From Somniosus microcephalus (Eukaryota), in the NCBI GenBank assembly GCA_052327205.1, contig CM126220.1, positions 21,638,001-21,702,000 of the forward strand: DNA of 64,000 nt. The letters run 5' to 3'. The stretch's first letter is position 1; each line of letters opens with the position of its first letter. Shown piece after piece: positions 52,920-64,000 of this stretch. Made by a program: the position numbers and the translations under genes. Under the pieces are notes generated by a model that saw nothing but the letters and a program-made list of their open reading frames with translations, searched no databases and was not told where the DNA came from.

Positions 52920-53512
52920 TTGAGACATCCCAAAGCCCTTCACAGCCAATGAAGTACTTTTGAGGTGTGGTCATTGTTAAAGAAAGACCTTCATTTATAT
53001 AGCACTTTTCACGACCACCGGACGTCTCAAAGCGCTTTACAGCCAATGAAGTACTTTTGGAGTGTAGTCACTGTTGTAATGTAGGAAACGCGACATCCAA
53101 TTTGCGCTCAGCAAACTCCCACAAACAGCAATGTGATAATGACCAGATAATCTGTTTTTGTTATGTTGCTTGAGGGATAAGTATTGGCCAGGACACCAGG
53201 GATATCTCCCCTGCTCTTCATCGAAATAGTGCCGCGGGATCTTAAACTCTCTCGGGTGGATGTAAAACGTCTCATCCGAAAGACGGCACCTCCAACAGTG
53301 CAGCACTCCCTCAGCACTGCAATGGAGTGTCAGCCTAGCTTTATGTGCTCAAGTCCCTGGAGTGGGACTTGAACCCACAATCTTCTGACTCGGAGGTGAG
53401 TGTGCTGCCCACTGAGCCACGGCTGACACTGTTGTAATGAAGGGAGACAATTTGTGCACAGGAAGGTCCCACAAACGGCCCTGAGATAAATGACCAATTA
53501 AACTGTTTTAGT
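52920..53512 (-). mobile_element. Nested Deu-domain SINEs
   Basis: Complete copy ~52980-53430 inserted into the tail of another copy. Confidence 0.7.
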
Positions 53513-54374
53513 GAGATTGTTGCCCGAGACGGTCAGGAAATGAGCTAACAAGTTAAGTGTTTATCACCAGAGTTATGCAGAAAAGGATCTATAATTATCC
53601 TTGGGACTGGTTCTGAATTGAACTACTGAGAACAAGATACAGCAAAGGAAAGAGGAACTGCTCATTGCACACATTTCTGTTAAAGCATAAATGTTCTCCT
53701 GCAGAAAAAAATGCAATTTGTTGCCAGTCTCTGGGTTGTGCTGTGTAAGCAGAGACACAATTGCTATTGAGTGCAAATGCATTTTAATTTGCAGGAACAA
53801 TTGGACTTGCCCTGGTGGCAAATTTCTAGCTCCAGATTTTCATGGGTCTGCAAGATTGTTGATTCTATTGACCGTGAGTTGTTTATACTAAAGCGGGAGA
53901 GCTGCGTGTCTGCTGTTGACTGTACTCCTTTACAAAAACACCGAATCATTCCTGTAACCTGGTATTATTGGGCTGGTCAGGCTGAAGGACCGCTGGACAT
54001 GGGAGGCAATGTGTTTCAAAAAGCAGTAACAAAACAAACTTTGATCTGTTCGCAAATTATAATGTTCCTGTGCGGATAGTTCAAATGTTTGTTGCACTGT
54101 ATGCACCCTTTTGGCGACATTATATTTAGGCCTGAAGTCACCTTCCATGTGTATGCTGACCGCTCGCGACTCGCCTCCACTTCACAATCGCCACTGTGCT
54201 GTGACTGTTTGCCTGAAATCGCGCCATGGATGAGGCTTGTTCAACACACTCTCAGATGAAACAAAACTTCCTTCAGCTCAATATTGGCAAGAGTGAAGCC
54301 ATTCTTTTGGGCTCACACTTAACATTCTGCACCCTAGTCTCCAATCCCATCCTTCTCTCTGGCTGTTCACTCAA

Positions 54375-57300
54375 AGGTTGTAATCTCTGGATTACTCCCG
54401 GTGCCACGTGCTAGTGAGTATAGGAATAGGAGGATAGAGCAGATGAATGCGTGGCTAAAGAGTTGGTGCAGGAGGGAGGGCTTTAGTTTCCTGGATCACT
54501 GGGTCTGCTTCTGGGGAAGGTGGGACCTGTATAAGTCGGACGGGTTGCCCCTGAACCGGAACAGGACCAACATCCTTGCAGGGAGGTTTGCTAGTACCGT
54601 TGCAGGGGGTTTAAACTAATTAATTTGGCAGGGGGATGGGATACGGCGTGGAGCTATAGTAGGGGGTGATGCACAGCCAAATATAGAGGAAAAAACAAGT
54701 CAGCCTGGAAGGCAGAGCAAATATGTAACAGCACGAGGGAGTATGGCCAGGCTGGATGGCATTTATTTTAATGCAAGAAGTCTTGCAAGTAAGGCAGATG
54801 AATTGAAGGTGTTGATGAACACGTGGGAGTATGATATTGTTCTTATCACAGAGACCTGGTTGAGGGAGAGGCAGGACTGGCAGCTCAATATTCTGGGGTA
54901 TAGAATCTTTAGGCGAAACAGAGGGGGGGTGTAAAAGAGGAGGGGGTGGTCGCAATATTAATCAAGGAGTCAATTACTGCTGTAAGGAGGGATGATATCT
55001 TAGGTTCCTCTAATGAGGTCATATGGGTAGAACTTAAAAACAAATAGGGGGCAAGCACTTTGCTGTGAGTGTACTATAGGCCCCCAAACAGTCAGGGGCA
55101 GATAGAGGAACAGATATGTAGGCAAATCTCAGAGAAGTGTGCAAATAATAGTGTGGGATTTCAACTTCCCCAATATTAACTGGGATAGTCAGAGTGTGAA
55201 AGGCTTAGAGGGTGCAGAATTCTTAAAGCGCATCCAGGAGAGCTTTTTGAGCCAGCATGTAGAAAGTCCTATAAGAGGGGGCGGTACTGGACCTAATTCT
55301 AGGGAATGTAGCCAGGCAAGTGGTAGAAGTGTCTGTAGGAGAGCATTTTGGTGACAGTGACCATAATTCGGTGAGATTTAAGGTAGTCATGGAAAAGGAC
55401 AAAGATGGACCGGAAATAAAGGTTCGAGATTGGGGGAAGGTCGATTTTAATATGATAATGCAGGATCTGACCAAAGTGGATTGGGATCAGCTACTTGTAG
55501 GAAAATCCACATCAGAGCAATGGGAGTCTTTCAGAAAGGAAATAGAGAGTACAATGCCAACATGTTCCCGTAAGGGTCAAGGGTGGGACCAACAAACCAA
55601 GGGAACCCTGGATGTCGAGGGATATACAAGAATGGATTAGGAAAAAAAGGGAGGCTTTTGGCAGATACAAAGGACTAAAAACAGTGGAAGCCCTAGAGGA
55701 GTATAGAAAGTGCAGGGGGGTACTTAAAGAAATTAGGAGAGCGAAGAGGGGGCATGAAAAAATACTGGCGGGCAAAATAAAGGAAAATCCCAAGGTGTTT
55801 TATTTATAAGTATATTAAGGGCAAGAGGATAACCAGGGAAAGAATAGGGCCCATTCGGGACCAAAGTGTGTAGAGCCGGAAGATGTAGGTGAGGTTTTAA
55901 ATGAATATTTTGCATCTGCATTCACTATGGAGAAGGACGATGTAGCCATAGATATCAGGCAGGGGGATTGTGATATACTTAAACAAATTAGTATTGAGAG
56001 GGAGGAGGTACTAGCGGTTTTAGCGGGCTTAAAAGTGGATAAATCCCCAGGCCCAGACGAGCTGTATCCCAGGCTGCTGTGTGAGGCAAGGGAGGAGATT
56101 GCAGGGGCTCTGACACAAATTTTCCAAACCTCCCTGGCCACAGCGGAGGTGCCAGAGGACTGGAGAACAGCTAACGTAGCACCATTATTCAAGAAGGGTA
56201 GTAGGGATAAACCAGGGCATTACAGGCCAGTGAGCCTAACACCAGTGGTAGGGAAATTATTGGAAAAAATTCTGAGGGACAGAATTAGTCTCCACTTGGA
56301 GAGGCAAGGATTAATCAAAGATAGTCAGCATGGCTTTGATGGGGGGAGATCATGTTTGACCAATTTGATTGAATTTTTCGAGGGTGACTAGGTGTGTGGA
56401 TGAGGGTAGTGCAGTTGATTTAGTCTACATGGACTTCAGTAAGGCTTTTGACAAAGTCCCACATGGGAGACTGGTCAAGAAGGTAAGAGCCCATGGGATC
56501 CAGGGTAATTTGGCACATTGGATCCAAAATTGGCTTAGTGGCAGGAGGCAGAGGGTGATGGTCGAAGGTTGTTTTTGTGACTGGAAGCCTGTGTCCAGTG
56601 GTGTACCGCAGGGATCGCTGCTGGGTCCTTTGCTGTTTGTAGTGTACATTAATGATTTAGATATGAATGTAGGAGGTATGATCAGTAAGTTCGCAGATGA
56701 CACGAAAATTGGTTGAGTGGTAAATAGCGAGGAGGGCAGCCTCAGGCTACAGGACGATATAGATGGGTTGGTTAGATGGGCAGAACAGTGGCAAATGGAA
56801 TTTAACCCTGAAAAGTGTGATGTGATGCATTTTGGGAGGACTAACAAGGCAAGGGAATACACAATGAATGGTAGGACCCTAGGAAGGACAGAGGATGAGA
56901 GGGACCTTGGTGTGCATGTACATAGATCCCTGAAGACAGCAGGACAGGTAGATAAGGTGGTTAAAAAGGCATATGGAATACTTGCCTTCATTAGCCGAGG
57001 CATAGAATATAAGAACAGGGAGGTTATGATGGAGCTGTACAAAACGCTAGTTAGGCCACAGCTGGAATACTGTGTGCAGTTCTGGTTGCCACACTATAGG
57101 AAGGATGTGATTGCATTGGAGATTCACCAGGATGTTACCTGGGCTGGAGTGCTTCAGCTATGAAGCGAGACTGGACAGGCTGGGCGGGGGGGGACCTGAT
57201 TGAGGTGTACAAAATTATGAGGGGCATAGATAGGGTAGATAGAAAGGAACTTTTCCCCTTACTAGAGGGGTCAATAACCAGGGGGCATAGTTTCAAGGTA

Positions 57301-57550
57301 AGAGGGAGGGGATTTGAGGAAAAAAAAATTCACCCAGAGGGTGGTTGGAATCTGGAACTCGCTGCCTGAAAGGGTGGTAGAGGCAGGAACCCTCAACATT
57401 CAAGAAGCATTTAGATGAGCACTTGAAACACCATAGCATACAAGGCTACGGACCAGGTGCTAGAAAATGGGATGAGAATAGACGGGGCTTGATGGCCGGC
57501 GCGGACACTATGGGCCAAAGGGCCTCTTTCTGTGCTGTATAATTCTATGA
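54375..57550 (+). mobile_element. Long CR1 LINE (ORF1 SGNH-esterase end, endonuclease, RT, 3' UTR)
   Basis: NAWLKSWCRREGF.F.DHW...YKSDGL.LN esterase; YFNARSL; DFSKAFDKVPH; SKFADD; same family as 41568-46632 in opposite orientation. L2 remnants on both sides (54140-54370, 57590-57830). Confidence 0.92.
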
Positions 57551-58464
57551 CTCCAAGTAAACCATACGGTATGTAACCTCCTGTTTGATCATGGGTTGTG
57601 TTTCATGCCCCATATTCAGTACATCACCAAGACTGCCTATTCCCAGCTTTATAGCAATACCTGCCTCTGCCTTTCTCACTTCAATGCTGAAACATTTTCA
57701 ACTCCGCTTCCAACTTGTCTCAAGCTCTGCCGCCCACATATTATCCCACTTGGCTGTCACTCCTGTCTACGCTCCCCACAGTTGGCTGGCTGTCGCCCAA
57801 TGTATCTCCCACATTCAAAGTTACCGCAAACCCTGTTTCTTTGACACTGCCTTCCGTCACCTCTCCTAACTTTTCTAATGTATTGTATCTGTATTTATCT
57901 TTTAAGCATTTTTTATTTTAACAAAAATGCCCTAATTGAAAGGTGGTTGGCTATGGAATTGGAGAACAATATCAGAAGAGATTTTCAAAGAAACTTGTCA
58001 TTCTCAACAGAATGGCAGTATACCAAACTTCCACTCCGCACTGTTATCGAGTCAGCCCAGCTGGAACTGCATGTGTGTGTGGATACCAGGAGACAGCAGA
58101 ACTGACTCGAATGTGATGTCTCCCGTATGGTCAAATGACCCATTGGCTCTCATTGTCCAGATTCTTGCATGAAGAATGGTTGATTGAATGAGGTACAGGA
58201 GGATTGTCATAACCAACTGCAGAACTATTCCTCAGTGGTTTTCCTTCAGGTGAGGAAGTCTAAAGGGAGACAAAGGAATGGTGGGGAAGGGAAATTGCAT
58301 GAGGGGGAAAAAAATCATTGGAAAGTAACCTGCACAGCAGCTGTGTCTGATTGGAGGTGTAGGTCTCTAATCTGTGCAGACTAGTCATTCAATCAGTCTG
58401 GACATTAACGACCTAATCAGAGAAAAAGGTGATTCACCTTTCCGAGTAAACCCTGAAATGTTAC

Positions 58465-58709
58465 TGATGCGCTATCAACAATACCAAAGACTACGAAATG
58501 GACTTCTATGAAGTAGGCTTTTATTGACTAAGAACTAGAGCATGCCTCTGCTAGTGAATCCATCCTAAGAGCTCCCGGGGGAAGGGTGGTGAGTCACCTT
58601 TATACCCGGGCTTAGGGGTGGAGCCAGGGGCTGAGACATGCCTGGACTTGTACAGGGTTAACAGTGGTTTACCACACAGGCATGTACAGGTTAACAGTGG
58701 TTTACCACA
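58465..58709 (-). repeat. 3' LTR of Gypsy family B
   Basis: Direct repeat of 62552-62796; internal ~30-bp tandem duplication ending in CAGTGGTTTACCACA. Confidence 0.95.
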
Positions 58710-58751
58710 TTCACCCCTCGTTTAAAAAAGAGTCCGGCGGGGTGAAGTGTT

Positions 58752-61700
58752 TCAAAAGTTCGTATACGAAAGTCTCTCCGGGGGTCTTGTCTGCCGTAAT
58801 GATCTTCGTGGCGCTGGTTGCGGCGGTTCTTTGCCCGCGGCCGCTTCTCGCGTGGGACGGAGCACTGGCGTGTCGTCCTCTCGGGGTAGGGATGGCACCG
58901 GCATGTCGTCAGTTCGTGGTAGACACCCCGGTGGTGCGTCGTGGGTAGTGGTGGTGGGTGGAGGTAGTGGATGGTGATCGATGGTGTTTCGGGTGGTACC
59001 TGAGGGTGCGAGGTCTCGAATTGAGACTGTGTCCTCCCGCCCGTCAGGATACGCCACGTGGGTTGGCGTGGAGGAGGTGAACCTTTTCGACCAGGGGGTC
59101 CGTCTTATGGCTCCTCACGTGTTTCCTGAGCAGGACGGGTCCCGGAGACGTCAGCCATGGCGGTAGTGATGTCCCCGAGGTGGATTTCCTGGGGAAGACG
59201 AACATCTTCTCGTGAGGGGTGGCGTTTGTGACAGTACAGAGCAGTGAGTGGAGCGCATCGGGGAGGACATCTTGCCAGCGGGAGATTGGGAGGCCCTTGG
59301 ATTTTAGGGCGAGCATGGCGGTCTTCCACACCGTTGCGTTCTCCCTCTCTACCTGTCCGTTACCCCGGGGGTTGTAGCTGGTAGTCCCGCTCGTGGCTAT
59401 GCCCTTCTCGAGCAGGTACTGGCGCAGCTCGTCGCTCATGAACGACGAGCCCCTGTCGCTGTGGATGTAATTGGGGAAGCCAAATATGGCGAACAGGTCG
59501 TGGAGGCACCTGATGACTGTGGCGCTGGTCATGTCCGGGCAGGGGATGGCGAAGGGGAAACGGGAGTACTCGTCAATAATATTGAGGAAGTACGTGTTGC
59601 GGTCAGAGGAGGGAAGGGGCCTCTTGAAATCGACGCTGAGACGTTCGAAGGGGCGGGTGGCTTTAATCAGGTGTGCCCTGTCTGGCCTATAAAAATGCGG
59701 TTTGCATTCGGCGCAGACCTGGCAGTTCCTGGTCATGGTCCTGACCTCCTCGATGGAGTAAGGCAGGTTGCGAGCTTTAATAAAGTGGAAGAACCTGGTG
59801 ACCCCCGGGTGGCAGAGATCATTGTGGAGGGTCCGTAGCCTATCGACTTGTGCGTTGGCACATGTCCCACGGGATAGGGCGTCTGGGGGCTCATTAAGTT
59901 TCCCGGGCCGGTATAAGATATCGTAGTTGTAGGTGGATAACTCGATCCTCCACCGCAATATCTTATCATTTTTGATTTTCCCCCTTTGTCTGTTGTTAAA
60001 CATAAATGCTACTGACCGTTGGTCAGTGAGCAGGGTGAAACGTTTACCGGCCAGGTAATGCATCCAGTGCCGTACAGCCTCCACTATCGCCTGGGCCTCC
60101 TCCTCGACTGAGGAGTGTCGAATTTCGGGGCCCTGGAGGGTCCGTGAAAAGAAGGCCACGGGTCTCCCCGCCTGGTTAAGGGTTGCGGCTAGGGCGAAGT
60201 CGGATGCATCGCTCTCCACTTGGAAAGGGATGGACTCATCCACTGCGTGCATTGTGGCCTTAGCAATGTCCTCTTTTATGAGGGTGAAGGACGCACGGGC
60301 CTCTGCCGTCAGGGGGAAGGAGGTTGACTTGATGAGGGGCCGGGCTTTGTCCGCATAGTTGGGCACCCACTGGGCGTAGTAAGAGAAGAACCCTAGGCAT
60401 CTCTTCAGGGCTTTTAGGCAGTGGGGGGGGGGCTAGTTCCAGGAGGGGGCGCATTTGGTCGGGGTTGGGGCCGATGACTCCGTTTTGCACCACGCAGCCA
60501 AGAATAGCGAGGCGCGCGGTGCGGAACATACATTTTTCTCTGTTGTATGTCAGATTCAGCCGTTGGGCCGTACGGAGGAATTTTTCTAGGTTGGCGTCGT
60601 GGTCCTGCCGGTCATGGCCGCAGATGGTGACGTTGTCTAGATAGGGAAGGTGGCCTGCAGCGCGTTCTGGTCAACCATCCGGTCCATCTCCCTTTGGAAG
60701 ACCGAGACCCCGTTGGTGACGCCGAAGGGGACTCGGAGGAAGTGGTAGAGGCGACCGCCAGCCTCGAAGGCCGTGTACTGGCGGTCCTCAGGCCTGATGG
60801 GGAGCTGGTGGTATGCTGACTTCAGATCAATCGTCGAGAATACCCGGTATTGTGCTATCTGGTTGACCATGTCAGATATGCGGGGAAGTGGGTATGCGTC
60901 TAATTGCGTGTATCGATTGATCGTCTGGCTGTAATCAATAACCAGGCGCTGTTTTTGGCCGGTCTTTACTACCACCACTTGGGCTCGCCATGGGCTGGTG
61001 CTGCCCTCGATAATCCCTTCCCTCAGGAGTCTTTGTACTTCTGATTTAATCAAGCTCCTATCCCCGGCACTGTACCGCCTGCTTTTAGTAGCAATTGGCT
61101 TGCAGTCTTTGGCGAGGTTAGCGAACAACGGTGGGCGTTTGACCTTCAGGGTGGACAGGCTGCATACATTGCGCGGCGCCGTGTTTAAATTCTGCTGGCT
61201 GCAGACTAAGTGGGGGCAGGGGCCCGCCATATGCCATCGTGACGCTCTCCAGATGGCACTGGAAGTCTAATCCTAGCAGTACGGGAGCGCAGAGCTGTGG
61301 CAGGACGAGGAATTTAAACTCTCTGTACTCCACGCCGTTCACGGTCAGAGTCGCTGCACAGTAGCCGCCGACGTCCGCCGTATGGGACTTTGAGGCCATA
61401 AAGACCTGGTGGCGTGTGCGCATAACTGATCTGGAGTAGCGTCGCACCGTGTCGGGGTGGATGAAGCTCTCCATGCTTCCGCAGTCGAAAAGGCAATTTG
61501 TGGCATGGCCATTTACCTTTACGTTCATCATGGACCTGGCTAGTTGATGGGGCCTAGATTGGTCCAGGGTGATGGAGGCCATCGTCGAGGTCGGTGGGTC
61601 GCTGTGGTATTCGCCCGCGCCGAGGGCCTGGTCCCGAGATGGTGTCCAAGATGGCGGCTCCCCCTCGGCTGGTGGTGTCCAAAATGGCGGCCCGCACAGC

Positions 61701-62529
61701 TCACACGTGGTTGGTGGGGTCCAAAATGGCGGCCTGTACGGTTCACACGCGGCGCTGCTGGAATTGGGGGTCGATTTTGCCTTGCACACTCTCGCGTAGT
61801 GGCCTTTCTTGCCGCATTTGGAGCAGGTCGCGTCCTTTGCTGGGCATTGCTGTCTGGGGTGCTTGGCCTGGCCGCAGAAGTAGCATTTCTGGCCTCTGGT
61901 CATTGCAGCTGTAGTTGGGCTGCTGGCGGCTCGTGGCCTTACCGGGTCCCAAGATGGCTGCTCCCGTGGCATCCACGTGGCCATCCAGTCAGGGGGGTAG
62001 GCGTCCATGTTCTGGAGGGCCACGTCTAACGAGTTAGCGAGGGCCACCGTCTTCTGCAGGTCGAGCCCCCTCTGTTCCAGCAGCCTCTGCCGAGTATAGT
62101 TGGACCTGATGCCGGCTATGTAGGCGTCTCGGATCAGGTCTTCCGTGCATTCCTTGGCCGTCGCCGCTTTGCAATTACAGTCCCGGCCGAGGACTCTCAG
62201 TGCCAGTAAATATTCAGCGCCCAATTCCCCGGGGCGCTGTTTTCGGGTAGCCAGGAGATGTCTGGCGTAGACCTCGTTAACAGGCCTCACGTATTGTTCC
62301 TTTAGTGTCGCGATAGCGGCCACGTAAGTAGTGGCGTCTCGGATGATCGAGTAGACTCGTGGCTCACCCGTGAGTTCAAGACAAGCCGTTTCGCGTCATC
62401 TGTAGTGACAGTAGTGCTGGAGGCCTCCAGGAAGGCTTCGAAACAGCTCAGCCAGTGTTCAAAGTTATTGGCTGCATCTGCTGCTTGAGGATCCAGGTCT
62501 AAACGTTCCGGCTTCAAGATTTGCTCCAT
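58752..62529 (-). pseudogene. gag-pol of Gypsy family B with several frameshifts
   Basis: ORF pieces 62302-62529 (MEQILKPERLDLDP), 61118-62323 (gag knuckles plus LFDCGS protease in one frame), 60637-61230 (RT), 59044-60366 (RH-IN), 58752-59057 (IN C-terminus). Confidence 0.92.
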
Positions 62530-62551
62530 GTTGAAAATTAGTCAATAAAAT

Positions 62552-62796
62552 TGATGCGCCATCAACAATACCAAAGACTACGAAATGGACTTCTATGAAG
62601 TAGGCTTTTATTGACTAAGAACTAGAGCATGCCTCTGCTAGTGAATCCATCCTAAGAGCTCCCGGGGGAAGGGTGGTGAGTCACCTTTATACCCGGGCTT
62701 AGGGGTGGAGCCAGGGGCTGAGACATGCTTGGACTTGTACAGGGTTAACAGTGGTTTACCACACAGGCATGTACAGGTTAACAGTGGTTTACCACA
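62552..62796 (-). repeat. 5' LTR of Gypsy family B
   Basis: Direct repeat of 58465-58709; gag ATG at 62529. Confidence 0.95.
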
Positions 62797-62839
62797 GTTA
62801 CGTCTCGTATGCATAATTAATTAGAAAAAATGTCCTACA

Positions 62840-63190
62840 GATACTCGCCCTTCCCTATCTCTCTGACCTCCTCCAGCTCTACAACCTTCCGAGATCTCTG
62901 CACTCCTCCAGTTCTGGCCTCCTGCGCGTCTCTGATTTTCTTCATCATTGGTGGCCGTGCCTTCAACAGTCGAGGCCCTAAGCTCTGGAATTCCACCCCC
63001 CCCCCCCCCCCGAAATCTCTCCGCCTCCCCTTTAAGACGCTCCTTAAAACCTACCTCTTTAACCAAGCTTTTAGTCATGTCATCTAATATCTCCTTATGT
63101 GGCTCGGTGTCAAATTTTGTTTGCTTTTGTGAAGTGCCTTGGGACAGTTTGCTACGTTAAAGGCACTATATAAATACAAGTTGTTGTCAA
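62840..63190 (+). mobile_element. L2-type LINE 3' end
   Basis: IGGRAF..GPKLWNS...FKTLLKTYLF and tail. Confidence 0.75.
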
Positions 63191-63473
63191 ATCTGTTAAC
63201 TGGACGTAGGTCCTGGAGGGTATTTTGTTGGACCAGTAATGAAGTGCTCAAGTTGTACTGTTTCACTTATCTTGTGAAGCCAAGATTTTGAAATTCTGAA
63301 AAATACAGCCTAAAAATCTGGGATGTAGAGTGTAATCCACGCTCTTTGTCAGATTCCTGTTGAACGTTAGGCTCAGCATGTAGCAGTATTGTCGAGGCTT
63401 ATTGCCATACTGTAGTTCTGTCTTGTTACAAAATTCTTTCTTGGGGTGGGGACGAATAAGAGGCCGAGAAAAG

Positions 63474-63918
63474 ACTCCGCCTGCCCCCAGGGCCGGAGCT
63501 GCTGACTCGGCCTGCCCCCAGGGCCGGAGCTGCTGACTCGGCCTGCCCCCAGGGCCGGAGCTGCTGACTCGGCCTGCCCCCAGGGCCGGAGCTGCTGACT
63601 CGGCCTGCCCCCAGGGCCGGAGCTGCTGACTCGGCCTGCCCCCAGGGCCGGAGCTGCTGACTCGGCCTGCCCCCAGGGCCGGAGCTGCTGACTCGGCCTG
63701 CCCCCAGGGCCGGAGCTGCTGACTCGGCCTGCCCCCAGGGCCGGAGCTGCTGACTCGGCCTGCCCCCAGGGCCGGAGCTGCTGACTCGGCCTGCCCCCAG
63801 GGCCGGAGCTGCTGACTCGGCCTGCCCCCAGGGCCGGAGCTGCTGACTCGGCCTGCCCCCAGGGCCGGAGCTGCTGACTCGGCCTGCCCCCAGGGCCGGA
63901 GCTGCTGACTCGGCCTGC
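63474..63918. repeat. GC-rich 31-bp minisatellite, about 14 identical copies
   Basis: Unit GCCTGCCCCCAGGGCCGGAGCTGCTGACTCG in direct tandem with no spacers. Confidence 0.95.
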
Positions 63919-64000
63919 CACAATCTGCTCACAGATGCATGTTTCTCCCCTGAGACATGCCGCTCGCTCCATTGTCCTTTCATATTTTTTTTCTCTCTCT

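Larger units (their letters stand above)
58465..62796 (-). mobile_element. Full-length Gypsy/Ty3 LTR retrotransposon, family B (related to family A)
   Basis: 245-bp LTRs 58465-58709 and 62552-62796 (I see 2 differences), 5-bp TSD GTTAC (58460-58464, 62797-62801), gag-PR-RT-RH-IN. Confidence 0.97.

Noticed and set aside
63373-63983. 199-aa and 185-aa repetitive ORFs, or a CRISPR-like array
   Set aside because: The ORFs are by-products of a stop-free 31-bp tandem repeat; there are no unique spacers or cas genes and the context is eukaryotic. A CTCF-like reading of CCCTGGGGGCAG has too many core mismatches.

Overview
Eukaryotic, repeat-dense vertebrate DNA. The SINE/LINE repertoire (HE1-like V-SINE, Deu-domain SINEs, many CR1/L2 LINEs, Penelope-like elements) points to a cartilaginous fish. 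The only host-gene coding sequence I can support is the first coding exon of a type-1 coronin, best matching CORO1C (+ strand, ATG 24993, donor after 25193). The next coronin exon was not found, so the rest is probably intron or upstream sequence. There are two full-length, young Gypsy LTR retrotransposons from related families (15274-19671 and 58465-62796, both minus strand, 5-bp TSDs); the first sits inside a TA-flanked MITE. There are also Penelope-like elements with minimal hammerhead ribozymes (one a ~680-bp fold-back), many CR1/L2/RTE fragments, SINEs and a 31-bp minisatellite. Most interesting: neither Gypsy element has a tRNA primer-binding site. The sequence just inside the 5' LTR is instead perfectly complementary to the AATAAA region of its own LTR, with a compensatory base-pair change between the two families. 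This suggests self-priming and/or poly(A)-signal occlusion in an apparently non-chromovirus (Mag-like) lineage. Boundaries of degraded repeats are approximate and family names come from motif recognition, not database searches.
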